DNA from: Callorhinchus milii
Lineage: Eukaryota
Direction of reading: 5' to 3'
Assembly: GCF_018977255.1 (NCBI RefSeq)
Contig: NW_024704742.1
Span: forward strand, 102,426,001-102,490,000
DNA: 64,000 bases
Position 1 is the first letter of the stretch. The number at the start of each line of letters is the position of its first letter. Both the position numbers and the translations under genes were made by a program. Below, in pieces: positions 1 to 12,978 of the stretch. The notes under the pieces were generated by a model. The model searched no databases, had not been told where the DNA came from, and worked only from the letters and a program-made list of their open reading frames with translations.

Positions 1-919
1 AGAACCTCGAGCAATTCAATTATTGTGGCTCATCTGTAACAGTATGTTTACATCTGCAGGGCACATTCACTTCATCCTGAAGTCAATATATATCCATCCT
101 CATTGTAGACCTGAATATTTTTACAAGGGCTCACACTAAATGACTGTAGCATTCACAGAGTCAAGAATATTAAAGTAGAGCATTTAAGTTTTTTTAAAAA
201 TGCTGACAGTAATTTACACAATTATAAAATTACTTTTCCGAAAATATTGTCTATAAAATCCAATGAAGTGGGGCGTTGCACTGTGTCACTTACGTAGTGG
301 ATTTCATGGTAATTTGATAGTGAAAGTAAATTTATATTTCCAAATGATCCAACTGCTGCTCTATTTTCACTGCACTATTAGTTATTTTAAAGTAGGAATA
401 TTTTTAGCTATGAAAACACCGGAAAGTGATGTATTTAGACCTAATGTTTTAATTTCCATTATGTGAATAGAAATAAACTCATCAGACATCTGGCTTTTCC
501 TGAAATACATTCATAGAGTACCCTGAAATCCAGCATTTACATAATTTTTCACAGTGTAAACATTTGTTCTTTAATCACAGATAGCTAAATTAATCATCTT
601 TTATTTATTATTTTCAAACTTGATTTTTCAAATGTTCACTGATTTTGCTTTTATTTAACCAAGGCATACCAATTCATTTACACATGGGAGCATTGAAGGA
701 AACAGGACAGTGTATTTTCAGTGACAAATCCTTTAGAGATAGTATTTTGGGATGTTTATTCTCCACTTTGACAGCCAAATAAGACACGATTTATAATTTG
801 AATCCTGAAGATCTCCAACACTGCTGCTCCCCTTTAACTGCTCAGCTTACAAGCTTGAAGTGTGGCCTGATCTAATAGCTGGGGGTTGGCAGGAGTGTTG
901 TCATGTTCACTCCACTCGT

Positions 920-1030
920 AATAATATTAATAATAAAGCACTATTGATATAGCGCTTTATCATCGAGACATCTCAAAGCGCTTCACAGGATTTTACTGTA
1001 ACATCTAGTGACTGTGTATTTGTAGGCATC
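920..1030 (-). mobile_element. SINE 3' tail fragment (L2-derived tail)
   Basis: Reverse strand reads ...CCTGTGAAGCGCTTTGAGATGTCTCGATGATAAAGCGCTATATCAA followed by an ATT-rich tail, as in the full SINE copies. Confidence 0.7.
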
Positions 1031-1074
1031 ATTTAGAGGAATTGAGCTGCGGACATTGCGTTCTCCACTTTTTC

Positions 1075-1365
1075 AAACACTGCTCTGACCTTAGCTGAGC
1101 CATACCAAGAAAACGATGAACTTTGGGGTCTAAGCCTTCAGTCACTAGGCCCATAACCTCTGGGCCTCCCTACCTCTATCCCTCTGCCTTGCCCTTTCTC
1201 TATCTGTCTTTAAATTCCACCTTAAAACCTACTTCTTCAATCCTGCCTATGGGCACCTTTCCTTATTCCCTTGCTCTAGGGAGTCCAACCGCAATACTGT
1301 GAATTGCTCTGAGATGTTATCTTTTGTGAAGATCTCCCTCTTTTGTAAATGCAAGTTGTTATTAT
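1075..1365 (+). mobile_element. Degraded L2 LINE 3' end
   Basis: GCCTTCAGTCACTAGGCCC...CTTTAAATTCCACCTTAAAACCTACTTCTTC (FKxxLKTxxF-like) and terminal GTAAATGCAAGTTGTT resemble the better-preserved L2 copies in this window. Confidence 0.65.
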
Positions 1366-1433
1366 AATTTGTTAGTTATGCAAACCATGTATAATCCCAT
1401 ATGTGAAGGGGAAAGTTACAGGCAACCTCAACT

Positions 1434-1632
1434 GGGGACCAAATTGCAGGATTTGTAAAACAATTGTAGCTAGTGAATCCTGGATGTTTCATTGACTGAC
1501 CTTTGCAACTCCATTCAGATTCCAATCTCTGTTTCGACTTCTGTAAAATCTGCATCCGAGCAGAGTTCCTGAGGATCAGCCATGACACATCCCGGATTTG
1601 CTACTTACTAATCCTTTTGCAATTTAGTCCTC
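1434..1632. mobile_element. Foldback/MITE-like palindromic element
   Basis: Termini GGGGACCAAATTGCA / TGCAATTTAGTCCTC are inverted; inner AATCCTGGATGTTTCATTGACTGACC pairs imperfectly with GATCAGCCATGACACATCCCGGATTT. Confidence 0.65.
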
Positions 1633-2259
1633 TTTTTGTAATTAGCAACCAAAGAAAAGGATTATATGTGATCCTGGAATCCTTTACGTTGGTTGTTAAT
1701 TGCTTAACTAAGGGCACTTGTAATTCCCACTTTACATATGTCTTTACAGATGGTTACTAAACCTTGTAAATTAGGTCCACATGTCAGCTTTCCACATCCT
1801 GGCTGAGGAGTGCAGACCACCTGAAAAGTGACGTAGTTCACTCTTTACATCTGTTGCCCATTCAACATTAACACTAGAGACAGAATAGCAGAGCTGTGCC
1901 CACTCCAGCAACTCTGATCTTTGCACATTACACAGAGAGACTTCCAAATGGTCAGTCTGCAACACATTCATTATTTCCTGGGTGTGAATCCTTTTGTGAT
2001 TTTAAATTTTAAACTCCATTATCAAACTTTTCAAAGTGACTGGAGTGAGAAAGCCAGAGCCAATAAATATATGGTGGGTCCAGGGCTGAATGAAGGATTT
2101 CCTGGGACCACAAATCAATGGAGTCAAATTCATCCTCAATTGAAATTGTTGAAATCGCTTCTGTTGATCTCCCTCATACTTTTGATTGCAAGTCAAAAAA
2201 AGCATTGGTGATTGTTTTAAGAAAGATAGAGTCCATAACCACTCATTTACAGGGTCAAA

Positions 2260-2590
2260 CCCGGCTCAGTTGGTATTGGAGTATTCTCATCTCTGAGTCA
2301 GAAGGTTTTGCACTCAAACCCCACATTGTGACTTAAAGTTCATGGTCTATGCTGCCACTCCAATGCAGTGCTGAGAATGTGCTGCATTGTCAGAACTGCT
2401 ATCCTTTGGATTAGATGTTAAACTGAGATCCCATCTGTGGATGTTCAGGTGGATTGTATAATGATATTTGAAAACAGATGCGAGTTTCTCTCAGTGTCCT
2501 AGTCACTAGCCCCCAGAGATAAAAAAAAATCACTCACTTCATGGCTATTTGTGGGACGTTGCTTTGCACAAATAGACTGATGTTCTGTGG
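2260..2590 (+). mobile_element. Deu-domain SINE (SacSINE1/AmnSINE1-like, family B)
   Basis: Head GGCTCAGTTGGT...CTCTGAGTCAGAAGG, then GATGTTAAACTGAGATCCCATCTG...TTCAGGTGGA, then TTTGTGGGACGTTGC. Confidence 0.7.
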
Positions 2591-4133
2591 TGTTGGTTTG
2601 TGTGTTTCACATCTGATTTTATTGTATTCTACTAAACTGAGTATCTGATCGTATGCAGTGCTTACTGTATCTTTCTAATCACATCTGTTTGATAATGAGC
2701 CTCGGTTGTTGGTTTAGACTGGAGAATGTAACTCTGGGAGGTTACAACACTGCACAGAGGAATAATGTGATTTGCGTCAGAGTATTTCAATCTACTGTAA
2801 ATTTATTGTCAAAGCTGTTGCAATAGGGTTGGCCTAATTTCACCAGTGCTGAAAGTGTTGCCTGAATGGAGTGTGGTGTTTAGCAATGGACAGCAAATAG
2901 AAACGATTGTCTGAGTGTACAGAGAGCATGAGAAATCCCCATTGGGTGCAGTCTCAAAACATTTCATCAATAAACACGGCTTTAAAATTCCAGAGAGAGA
3001 AAGCATTTAGCTGTGAGGAACATAACATTACTGTTGCAGCGCTAACATTAGCTGTTACCTATTGGGTGTGATTTCTTTTTCTGTAGACTTTCCTTTCAGG
3101 CAGAGAAGCAGTCTTCTTTATCTTCTAACTTTACCATAAAAGTTTCCAGCAGGGAGCAGCTGGTTTTCCATTTTGGCTGCCTTTCTCTGGCTCCACAGCT
3201 TTCATTGGCAAATCAATGGCTGCTTATATTTTTCCCCCCAAACTGAAGTTTTCGTATGCAGGGACTGACACACTCTCGAATACTTTGACCTGCTATGGTG
3301 AGCTGCTGCCATTCAGAGGAGTTGCATTACAAATAGCGGAAATTAGTAGGGGGCTGCTGTCATGCTACTTGTCACATCTTGTTTTCAATCTCTTGAAATC
3401 ACGTTCAGCACTTTCTCCTTTCGCATTTTGATTCCCTTTGAAGGTAAATAATGCAGTCGATGGAGTTTTTCAGGCGATAAATGTGGAACTAAACATCAGC
3501 GTTAAGAAATAATGAAAATGATTAGTCTTTCAAATTTCCATGAAACATTCGTTTGTTTCACGTTTAGCCATTAGCGTAAATAATGTCCATGGCGAGCTTT
3601 TGTTATGTACTCTGAACAACTTGATGCATTTCTGTAGTATTCAGAGGACTGTCTCAGACAATAATATTTTTACTCCGTGTGTGTGTTTTTTTATTGAATA
3701 ACCGCTTCACTGCTTGTGGTCAGGAATCATTCAATGAAATCATTCTCTTGTGAAACAAATGGTCAAAACCAGCATCACAATTCAGTTTATTACTTCAGGA
3801 ATTAATTAATGTCACTTCACACACATTTGGGACCAAACAGTGTGACAAATCTTTGTTATTGACTAGATGTGTGGTAACCAGTGTTGAAAATTAAATTTTC
3901 TTTTACATTTGGATTTGAATTGGTCTTCAAGGGCCTAAAATTCAATTTTCTGTGAAACAGATTCTAAATCTAATGTTCACTGCTATTTGGAGCTGTATTT
4001 GTTGGATTAGTCTCCTTGAAAAGACCAGTGAGTGAAGCTATCACCCAGTGCAGCTCTTAACCATACAGAACAAAAAGACACAGGTGCTGTGTTGATAGCT
4101 AAAATTAATCTCAGTGCCTCTGTAGTAATTAAG

Positions 4134-4444
4134 ATTGCATATGATGTAGAGTCTTATTATGTCATTGAGATGCCTCAAAGCGCTTCCCAGAATATACGGT
4201 AGAGTGAATTAACTGTATATTTTGTGGGTGAATCGCAGCAGTCAATTTTGCACAGCAGTGTCCCACTAACAGTCTTGGAAAGCGATCCACCAATCGACTA
4301 ATGACCGGGTTCCTACTTACTGCTAGGTAAACACAGGCATGTGGAGTAAGGAAACTTGCCTAAGGTTTCGCCCTACCCAAGAATTGAGCCCAGGTCCTCT
4401 TGCTTACGAGGCAAGTGCTCTAACCACTGAGCTACAGGACTCCA
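4134..4444 (-). mobile_element. tRNA-Ala-derived SINE, family A, long subtype
   Basis: Reverse strand: GGAGTCCTGTAGCTCAGTGGTTAGAGCAC head, internal TGTTTACCTAGCAGTAAGTAGGAACCCGG segment, L2-type tail. Confidence 0.9.
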
Positions 4445-5149
4445 TCAACTGTGGCGTTTAATTATTTGAATCTCAGCAACTATGTTACTCAATTGCCTTC
4501 CGTGGGTCTTGGGAAATATGTATTCTTTTAATTTTCACTTAAAAGTCATTTAATTTATTGGTGCAATTGCCTTGTTGCTGATGACCTGTCAGTGTCAAAT
4601 CAATACTGGACCAATTTTGTAAATTTGAAATCAATGGTTTCTCGGTACTTAATATGTTTTTGCCCTAATGATACTAGATGACGCCCTGTCACTTTAAGCA
4701 TTCCATATTGAATATGCTATTGATCATCATTGCTGAAGAAAGAAATAGTGATGCTCTAAAGTTAAAGCTTTCCCCAACAGTTTATTTAGTAAACCCAGTG
4801 CTTAATGTGGAACTAATCCATACAGATCAAGAACCCCCAAAACAACATTTGTTGTTGTTGTGTAACCCCAATCTAATTGGCTGAGGTAACTGATCTTAGT
4901 AGAGTCACCTGGTCTAAGAAACAGAAACATCTTTCTTGTTCTTGCTCTGGAGACCTAGAATTTCTCCCAGTTACACATTAAGATCATCATGTTAAAAAGC
5001 GAGATGGTACAGAATTTAGAAAATTCTTGAATTCAGTCTTAATTTGGAAACTGTTTCAAAAATTGGACAAGATGGCAGCAAAACATTTTTTTAAAATCAC
5101 TTTTGAGGCCAAATGATGATCACAAGTATCGATTGGGATCCAGAAGAGA

Positions 5150-5260
5150 AATAATAATAATCCTTGCATTTGGTATAGCACCTTATCATGTCATTGAGGC
5201 ATCTCAAAGCACTTCACAGAACATATTGTAAAGTGGATTCACAGTATTTTGTAGGCAAAA
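5150..5260 (-). mobile_element. SINE family A 3' fragment
   Basis: ATAATAATAATCCTTGCATTTGGTATAGCAC...CTCAAAGCACTTCACAGAA on the plus strand. Confidence 0.8.
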
Positions 5261-7574
5261 CATTTTTTAGTTTTTTTATCTAGTTTTGATATGTATCACT
5301 ATTTTGTTTCTGATCAAGCAGCAGGCCAAAATCCAAGCTGAATTCCTCCTTGGTGTGAGGAGGAAAGCCAAAGGGGAAAGTTGTAAAATATCCAATATAC
5401 TGTTTGCATTTCAATTGAAACCAAGTGCTTCCCACACCTCCTAGCTATAGGATAGTTATAGCAAATTGCATACAGGGTTACCAACTCTCTTCCATGCAGA
5501 AGAGGTGTTCAGTTCAGGTAGACCAAGCATAAGAGAGAACTTACAAAAGCATTACTTTCAATATAAAATTCAGGTGTTTAAGATATCACAGAGGATGTCA
5601 GCTGAAAGTCATCTTCTGCATTCATGTATTTTGTTGTCACTTGGAATAAAGTATCCATAACAAAATAAGGCAGAATAACCAATATTATATTCATAGTGTT
5701 ACATTAGTAATAGTTCTCCATGGAGTGGTAATTGTCATAGGGAAAAGGTTTCAATTGAGTTACATAAGGTATATTGTATAGGAGAACATGATAAAAGATC
5801 TTCTGTTAGCACTATCTAACAGATCAACTTTGGCTCAGCAAATATATATTCTAGGCCTGCACTCCATTCAGCCAGAACAATAGAAGCAGAGGAATGCAAC
5901 AATACTGCAAACAGGTACAGGAGTTATTAAGCTGAGTAAAATTGAAACGGATGATGTGATCACGATACAGGTTTTCAATTACTTGGTGTGAAGCATGAAT
6001 TTGATATTTAATGACATTTCAACCATGAAGAAAGATTCATTGCTGCTTTAGGATGGATGAATTTAGAATGTCTTTCTGCAAGCAACTTCCCGCAACTCAA
6101 ACTCAACCCAATCCGGTAGCTTTGTAACCCTTTCTGCGTAGCGGTTTCAAAGGGAGTAACTGATTTTCCCTAAGATTGTTGTTGGCAGCTTATAGCCTGT
6201 GTGTATAAGAACAACAGATAGTGAGTATACCTCCATCTACTGTGGTGAATTGTTAAAGGCTAACCTTCCACTGCAAGGCATTTTTACATCAGTAACTCTG
6301 TAACTCCACTTATCAATTTCTATTCTATTCCATTTTGAGAAACGACAGAGCACATAGATTGTTCAAAGTTATAAAGTTGTCACTGGCCTGACAGCAAGCT
6401 CTTTTTTTATAGAACATTTCATTATACGTTTTGCACTTTATGAGTATAGAATCGTGGGGAATCTGGATGTAACCATAGCAAACAGGTTGCCAATATTTCC
6501 CCATAAACTCATGGTTTGTTAGTAAATGATCCTGGTCCTATGGTAAAGTACTTAGATACCCAGTGGTGACCAGTACAATATGAATAATATTCAGCATGTG
6601 ACTTGCCCACCTAATCCACAAATGGCAAGGTGAAGAATATTCCTGGTGAAATGTGTTTTAGATGCTCTTGATGATGATTTTGTTGTTGTCTAAAATGTGT
6701 CTAATGTTCCTCAGACCAAGCCAATTGTTGAGCTGTGCCTCTGAATGAGTTGATCTATTATTTTAGCTGAGAGTTTTCTTTAAGAAAATTGAGAGCTATC
6801 TAGTTTTCCATCAGCACTTACCCAATAAACCATCAGGCAGTGAGAAGAAACCTGTAGCATAATGGTTGTAATGTAGACTGCATTTTCAGTCACAAACAAA
6901 TGAAGGTTATTTCATTTCAGCAGTCAACAGCAAAGTGATTTCTCTTTAATTCTGAGTAAATGACTTAAGGCAATGTGATATGTGCTTTGCTTTAACGTCC
7001 ACTGTAGGTTTAAATGGTATCTGTGCACGTTGAAAACAGAATCAATGTCTTCAAGGCAAAAATTATATTCCGCTTTTACACAAGGGCTCTTTCAACAAGT
7101 CATGCCTTGCAACCCAGTGTGCGCTCTGTAAGTTCACTAATAAAGTTATCCATGAGCCCACTGTGCATATATGAATGTTTTCTCTCATAACATTTTTGTT
7201 TTACTTGGAAGCCATGTGCTCCACAGCTTGTCTCTGTTCTGAATATTTCATCCACAGACTGAACAGATATTCCTTTTGTTCTTCATACACGAGATTTTCC
7301 TTCATGCTAGACTCAATAATTTTGTCTTCTGTGGCACTGTGATCCCACCTTGGTTTACATTCATCTGTTAAACCCCAAATGACTTTTGCAGTATTTATAT
7401 TTTGATGGGTTTGTCATGGTCAGCAGGATCTGTGGATGGTGTGATTAATTTGTCCAACAATTTGCTAGTAACATCGGCTTTTGCTGCTACAACTAAACAA
7501 GGGTCACTCAATGCAGCCTGATTATGAGATTCTTAGTTGCACTTTTTCTAGGTAGTAAAATCAACTCTATAAAG

Positions 7575-7962
7575 TTCGCTTCTGAGTCAAAAGATTGTGG
7601 GTTCAAATGACACAGCAGTACTTGAACTCACATAGTCTAAGCTGTTGCTCCAATGCAGTACTAGGGGTGTGTTGCATTGCGGATGAGATATTAAACCGAG
7701 ATCGGATCTGCCTGTTCAGGTGGACGTTAAAGATCCCATGGCACTCTTCGAAAAAAGAAGGAAGTTTCTTCCAGTGTCCTGGCTAACAATTCCCCTAATA
7801 AAATTGATCAATTGTTTCATGGCTGTTTGTGGGACATTGCTGTGCACAATTGTTCTGCTGCCTTTGTCTACAAACCACAGTCACTTAATTTCACAGTAAA
7901 TCCTGTGAAGTGCTTTGAGGAGTGATAAGGCACTATATCCAATACAAAGATTATTATTATTA
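7575..7962 (+). mobile_element. Deu-domain SINE (family B), near full length
   Basis: GATGAGATATTAAACCGAG...CTGCCTGTTCAGGTGGACGTTAAAGATCCCATGGCACT...CCAGTGTCCTGG (Deu core), then GGCTGTTTGTGGGACATTGCTGTGC and an (ATT)n tail. Confidence 0.85.
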
Positions 7963-8129
7963 AAATGTTCTGAGTCACTACCCATGTGAAGGTCAATATA
8001 TAAATGCGGGCTGTTGTATAAAATCTTTGCATTTGATATCGCCCCTATAAATTGGCTGCTGCATTTACTAAGAAGTACACAGTCACTATGCTTTACAATG
8101 AATCCTGTAAAACAAGGTACAAAGTAAAA

Positions 8130-8440
8130 ACATCTTAAAGTGCTTCACAGATAACTACTGTCAAGTGTAGTGACTGTATATTTTTAGTCAAAAATAACAG
8201 CAATTTTCATTCCTGGGCAAGATTGCACAAGGAGCTATGAAGTGAATGAACAACTTAGCTGGAGGATTCTTGGCCTGGGCACTGGGAGAAATTCCACTTT
8301 AAGGTTCATATAGTATCTGGGAATTTTTATGTTTACCTGAAAAGGCAGATATGGCTTCAGTTTAACGTTTCAACTGAAGGACGGAATCTGTGATACTGCA
8401 GCCTAGTACTGCACTGAAGTCTCAGCCTGGACTATGAGCC
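8130..8440 (-). mobile_element. Deu-domain SINE (family B), degraded
   Basis: TACCTGAAAAGGCAGATATGGCTTCAGTTTAACGTTTC...GTACTGCACTGAAGTCTCAGCCTGGACTATGAGC is the reverse complement of the Deu core. Confidence 0.65.
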
Positions 8441-8824
8441 CATTGAGAGTACAATTGAAATAAACTAGTACTTGGTTTGAGAAAATCCTGCATATTGATG
8501 CAACCTTTACAGTAGATTTGACAGCTCCTTTGGAAAATGTTTAATTGAGGAAATACTGGAAATTATTTATTGCTCTTTTTAAAAATCTTCTGTGATTCTT
8601 CTGTTCTTGTTGAGTGTTTTGCCAAAATCATTCAGCTTCTGTTGTTTCAAAGTAGTTTCTCAGAATTCGATTGGATTTTTAAAAAAATCTCTTTTCTCTT
8701 CCTCTCCTTTTCTCTTCCTCTCCTTTTTTGATCTGAAGGGTGTCTGATAAACATAGAAACCCATTGCCATGTGTAAGAGTATCCAAACCATTGAGGTTAA
8801 TTATAGAATCGCTTCCTGACACCT

Positions 8825-8920
8825 AAACTGAGATCAGTAAATTCAACACAGACCTGGGACTGCCCAGGTTTGCAGAGCTCGGTTTCACGCTGGGTGGTAA
8901 CTTAACCAACGGAGCTTCAG
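8825..8920 (-). mobile_element. Old tRNA-like SINE (unnamed family C), head fragment
   Basis: CTGAGATCAGTAAATTCAACACAGACCTGGG; related CTGAGATCAG-x-AACTCAGCACAGAC text recurs near 17400, 38785, 40075 and 49645. Confidence 0.5.
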
Positions 8921-9593
8921 AGGAGCACACCATGTTTGGACAGTTCATTGCTCTTTGTGGGACCATGTTCTCTCCAGCATAGCTATGTATTTGGCTACAA
9001 AAAAGTCATTACACTTGATGATAAATACTGTAAAGCTGTATGTTATGCTTCGATTTATAAGGCACTATAACAATTAACAGCAAATTACATTTGTATAGCG
9101 CCTTTCACGTCAGGAGAATGTTTTAAAGATCCTTACGCAGCTGACTGGACACTCAAGCTGGTGTAGGGTGGTGGGGGGAAGGGGATTAGGGGTGGGAAGG
9201 ATAGGTATCTTGTATAAAAATACAAGCTCTTCTTTTTGTATTGTCTTCAGTTATAATAATAAACCACACATGGTTTTCATAGTACCCTACATATTTGATA
9301 CAGCATAGCTGATGATCAAAATGGAGAGCCAGATTTACACAGTGGTTTGTGGGTGACCAAGATGGTTAGTGTTGGGGTCTTGCCTTATGGTTACTGCTGT
9401 AATAGTTTTTGGTGGATGTTGCTCAGACTACCCTAATTTAGAGAGCTGGGTGTAGTGATGTATATCCAGCCTTGTGTAGTGCTTGTGGCATTAATGGCTT
9501 GTCACATCATGAAATATGCATCAGTCAGTGTTATTTGATTGAAGCTTCTCAGTACTGTATTCAACATACTCAGTACATTATTATTATTATTAC

Positions 9594-10557
9594 AACTCTA
9601 CCTATCCTCCTCTACCCTCAACTCCACGACCACCGATGTCCTGACAGCTGCCTGTCTGACATCGAGTCCTGGACGAGAGACAACTTTCTTCAGCTCAAAG
9701 TGCTCAAAACTGAGGCCCTCCTGATTGGCTCACGTCAGCGCCTCCGCACCTCAGGTGCTGACAGCATCAACATCCAAGGCTGCACTCTCCACCTCTCAAA
9801 GCCAGTCAGGAACCTCGGCGTTCTGTTCCTGAGCTGTCCTTTTTTCCTCATATCTGCGCCACAACTGGCACCGCCTTCCATCACCTTCGAAACATTGCCA
9901 GACTACGGCACTACCTCACCCCTCACGCTGCTGAAACTCTGGTCCACGCCTTTATCACCTCAAGGCTGGACTATGGGAACTCTCTCTTCACCGGCTTTCC
10001 CGGCACCTCCCTCCACAAGCTGCAGGTCATTCAGAACTCTGCAGCTCGTGTACTGTCCCGCACCAGGCTTCGGGACCACATCACTCCCACCCTCGCTCAC
10101 CTCCACTGGCTCCCCATCCCCCAGAGGATCAAATTCAAGATCCTCATCCTCACCTACAAGGCTATTCACGTCCTTGCTCCCTCCTACCTCTCCGACCTAC
10201 TATCCCCCTACTTAGCTGCCCGCACCCTGCGTTCCTCTGGCTCTGGTCTGCTCCACATCCCCCGCCCCAACCCCCCTACCATCGGTGGCTGGACCTTCCC
10301 CTAGGCTCTGGAACTCCATCACCCAGTGCCTTCACCTTGCCTCCTCCCTTTCCTCCTTCAAGGCCAGTCTCAAGAACTTTCTCTGTGACCGTGCCTTCAG
10401 CTCCCCTTTCGACTCTCTACCCCCTCCTCGCTCCCTCCCTTCCCTCCCCTCACCATTTCCCCCCTGCTCGGGTCCCGACCCAATTGTCCAGCACCTTGGG
10501 ACGTCCTCCTGACGTGAAAGGCGCTCTATAAATGAAATCTTGTTGGTGTTGTTGTTG
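9594..10557 (+). mobile_element. L2 LINE, 5'-truncated (RT C-terminus plus 3' UTR)
   Basis: CLSDIESWTRDNFLQLKVLKTEALLIGSRQRL, with RLDYGN, IQNSAAR and LHWLPI across frameshifts; ends GGGACGTCCTCCTGACGTGAAAGGCGCTCTATAAATG plus (TTG)n. Confidence 0.92.
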
Positions 10558-10679
10558 TACATTATGTTTCTTTGTCACTTCTCCTTTAGCAATTTGTGGG
10601 TTTGCGATTAGAGCCTCCAATCTGTCATCTGTCTTTGTTTCGTGCAATTATGAGGCTGCAATGTGCTGTCACTACTTCA

Positions 10680-11100
10680 TTGAGATTAGAAGAAACTTTT
10701 CCATATAGAGGTTTTGGAGTATAACACGCTTTGCTACAAGCACTATTAAAGCTGAGACCATCACAACAATAACAACAATCATAGTTTACATTTATCTACC
10801 ATTTATCACATTGGAAGGACCTCTCAAAGTGCATTACACAGCTGATTGGGATCCTGGGGAAGCTAAGGTGATGGTGGGGGGAGGGAATGCTGAGGACAGG
10901 GGATGTGAAGCTCGGATGAACAGGTAGATCTTAAAATATAATGTCATGACAACATTTAAAAGGAATTGCAGAAACATTTGAAGATGAGCAAGATAAAAGA
11001 GTATGGTGACAGAGCAGGGAACTGGAAACTAGTTCTCTCCTGTGGAGTGCCTGACACTTACATAGACGTGATGGGCTGAATGGCTTCTTTCTTTCTGTAC
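10680..11100 (+). mobile_element. Degraded CR1 3' end interrupted by a minus-strand L2-tail insert (about 10765-10935)
   Basis: GATTAGAAGAAACTTTTCC...ACAACATTTAAAAGGAATT...GATGGGCTGAATGGCTTCTTTCT is typical of a CR1 3' end. Confidence 0.6.
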
Positions 11101-11199
11101 TTTGCCTTCAAAATACATAGTCACCAAACTTTATTCTAAATTCATGGAACACTTTGAGACATCCTCCCATCATGGAAAGTGCTATATCAAAAACAATAT

Positions 11200-11400
11200 T
11201 TCTTTAAGGATCATTATTTTTGTACTTCTATATGGTTTCTTTCTGTCCTGTATTTCTATATGGCTTCTATCTCTGGTGTTTTCTAAATGGTTTATTTCTA
11301 ACCTTTATCTCAAATGGTCTCATTTGGTGCTGTTTTCTATACAGCCTTTTTCTGTACTGTTCTATACAGCCTCCTTCTGAGCTTTATTACTATGCTCTAT
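11200..11400. repeat. Degenerate T-rich tandem repeat, unit about 25-30 bp
   Basis: Recurring TTCTATATGG / TTCTAAATGG / TTCTATACAGCC units. Confidence 0.5.
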
Positions 11401-11551
11401 TTTATCAAGTGCATCTACAGGCAATAAGTGGTTTCATTATGACATCTGAGACCAACATTAATCAATTAATGTTTGCCCTGGAATATTGCTTTTTTCTCCT
11501 GTTAAATTTGTTATTATCAAATGATGGAACATTGAAGCAGAACTGACATAT

Positions 11552-11878
11552 ATAATAATAATAATAATAATAATCCTTGCATTTGATATAGCGCTTTTCA
11601 CGTCGGGAGGACGTCCCAAAGCGCTTCACAGAACATACTGCAAAGTGAATTGACTGTATATTTGTGGGCGAACGCGGCAGCCAATTGCGCACAGCAATGT
11701 CCCACAAACAGTCGTAGATTGAAAATGACCAATTTATTATTGTTTTTGGTTTTTGGAGGGATTATTATTAGGCGTGTGGAGTAAGGAAACTTGCCCAAGG
11801 TTTCGCCCTGCCTGGAATTGAACTCAGGTCTCTCGCTTGCAAAGCGAGTGCTCTAACCACTGAGCTACAGGACTCCAC
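11552..11878 (-). mobile_element. SINE family A, short subtype, full length and young
   Basis: A box TAGCTCAGTGG, anticodon arm CTCGC-TTTGCAA-GCGAG, B box GAGTTCAATTCC, tail hairpin loop CTCCC, (ATT)n; near-identical to 59707-60041. Confidence 0.95.
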
Positions 11879-11984
11879 AAAATACATAAAATGCAGACTA
11901 TGGGTTGCGCATTATTAAAACTTATTTTAAAAAAGCATCAAACTAGCTATCTAGATATAGTTGTGATGACTAATAGATAAGAGA

Positions 11985-12399
11985 TCATAGAATCATAGAA
12001 TAATTAAGCACCAAAGGAGGCCATTCGGCACATCGTGTCTGTCCCGGATCTTTAAAAAGAGCTATCCAAATCAATCCATACCCCTCTCTCTTCCCATAGC
12101 CCTGCAAACTTGTCCTGCCCAAATAATTATCTACTTTTCTCTTAAAAGTTGTTATCGAATTGGCTTCCATCACCCTTTCAGGCAATGCATTCCAGATCCG
12201 AACAACTTGCTGGGTGAAAAAATTTCTCCTCACCTCCCCTCTGTTTCTTTTAACAACTATTTTAAATTGGTGCCCTCAGGTTACCTATCTACCCGCCAGT
12301 GGAAACAGTTTCTCCTTGTTCACTCTATTGAATCCCCTCATGATTTTGAAAACTTCTATTAAATCTCCGCTTAACCTTCTCTGCTCTAAGGAGAATAAT
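11985..12399 (-). mobile_element. CR1 LINE 3' fragment
   Basis: RRNFFTQQVVRIWNALPERVMEANSITTFKRKVD and EKRRxRGDLIE-like coding; 3' UTR GCCGAATGGCCTCC and TTCTATGATTCTATGAT tail. Confidence 0.92.
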
Positions 12400-12934
12400 A
12401 CTGCTGGCGGTTTGTGAGGTAGGACTCGAACCAGGCAAGTGGGGTCCCACTGAGGTGGATGCCGGAGGAAAGGCGGTGGAGGAGGATGGCGTGATCGACT
12501 GTGTCGAACACCACGGAGAGGTCCAGGAGGACAAGGAGGCAGAGAGAACTCTGGTCACAGAGAGGATGTCGTTTGTAACTTTCACAAGCGCAGTCTCTGT
12601 ACTGTGGGCAGGGCAGAAACCGGACTGGAGGGGTTTGAAGAGGGAGTGGGAGGAGAGGTGTGGGCGAAACTGATTGGCAACAACGCGTTCTAGGACTTTT
12701 GTGAGGAAGGGCAGGTTAGAAATGGGGCGGTAGTGGCTGGGGTTTGAGGGATCTAGGGAAGGTTTTTTGCGGGGGGGAGTGATGACAGCAGTTTTGAGGG
12801 GGGCAGGGACTGATTCAGAGGAAAGCGACTGGTTGATAATGTCAGCCAGTAGTGGGCAGAGGAGGGGGCGCTGGGTGACCAGCAAGTTGGTGGGGAGGGG
12901 TTCGAGGCAGCAGGTGGTGGGTTTCATGGAGGTG

Positions 12935-12978
<44 letters not shown>

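Noticed and set aside
9472..10215. 247-aa ORF
   Set aside because: Flanking DNA read into a frameshifted L2; only a short part is in the RT frame.
11462..11798. Recurrent WDIAVRNWLPR...KDYYYY ORFs (also 40716, 43752, 59879)
   Set aside because: Translations of the same SINE, not a gene family.
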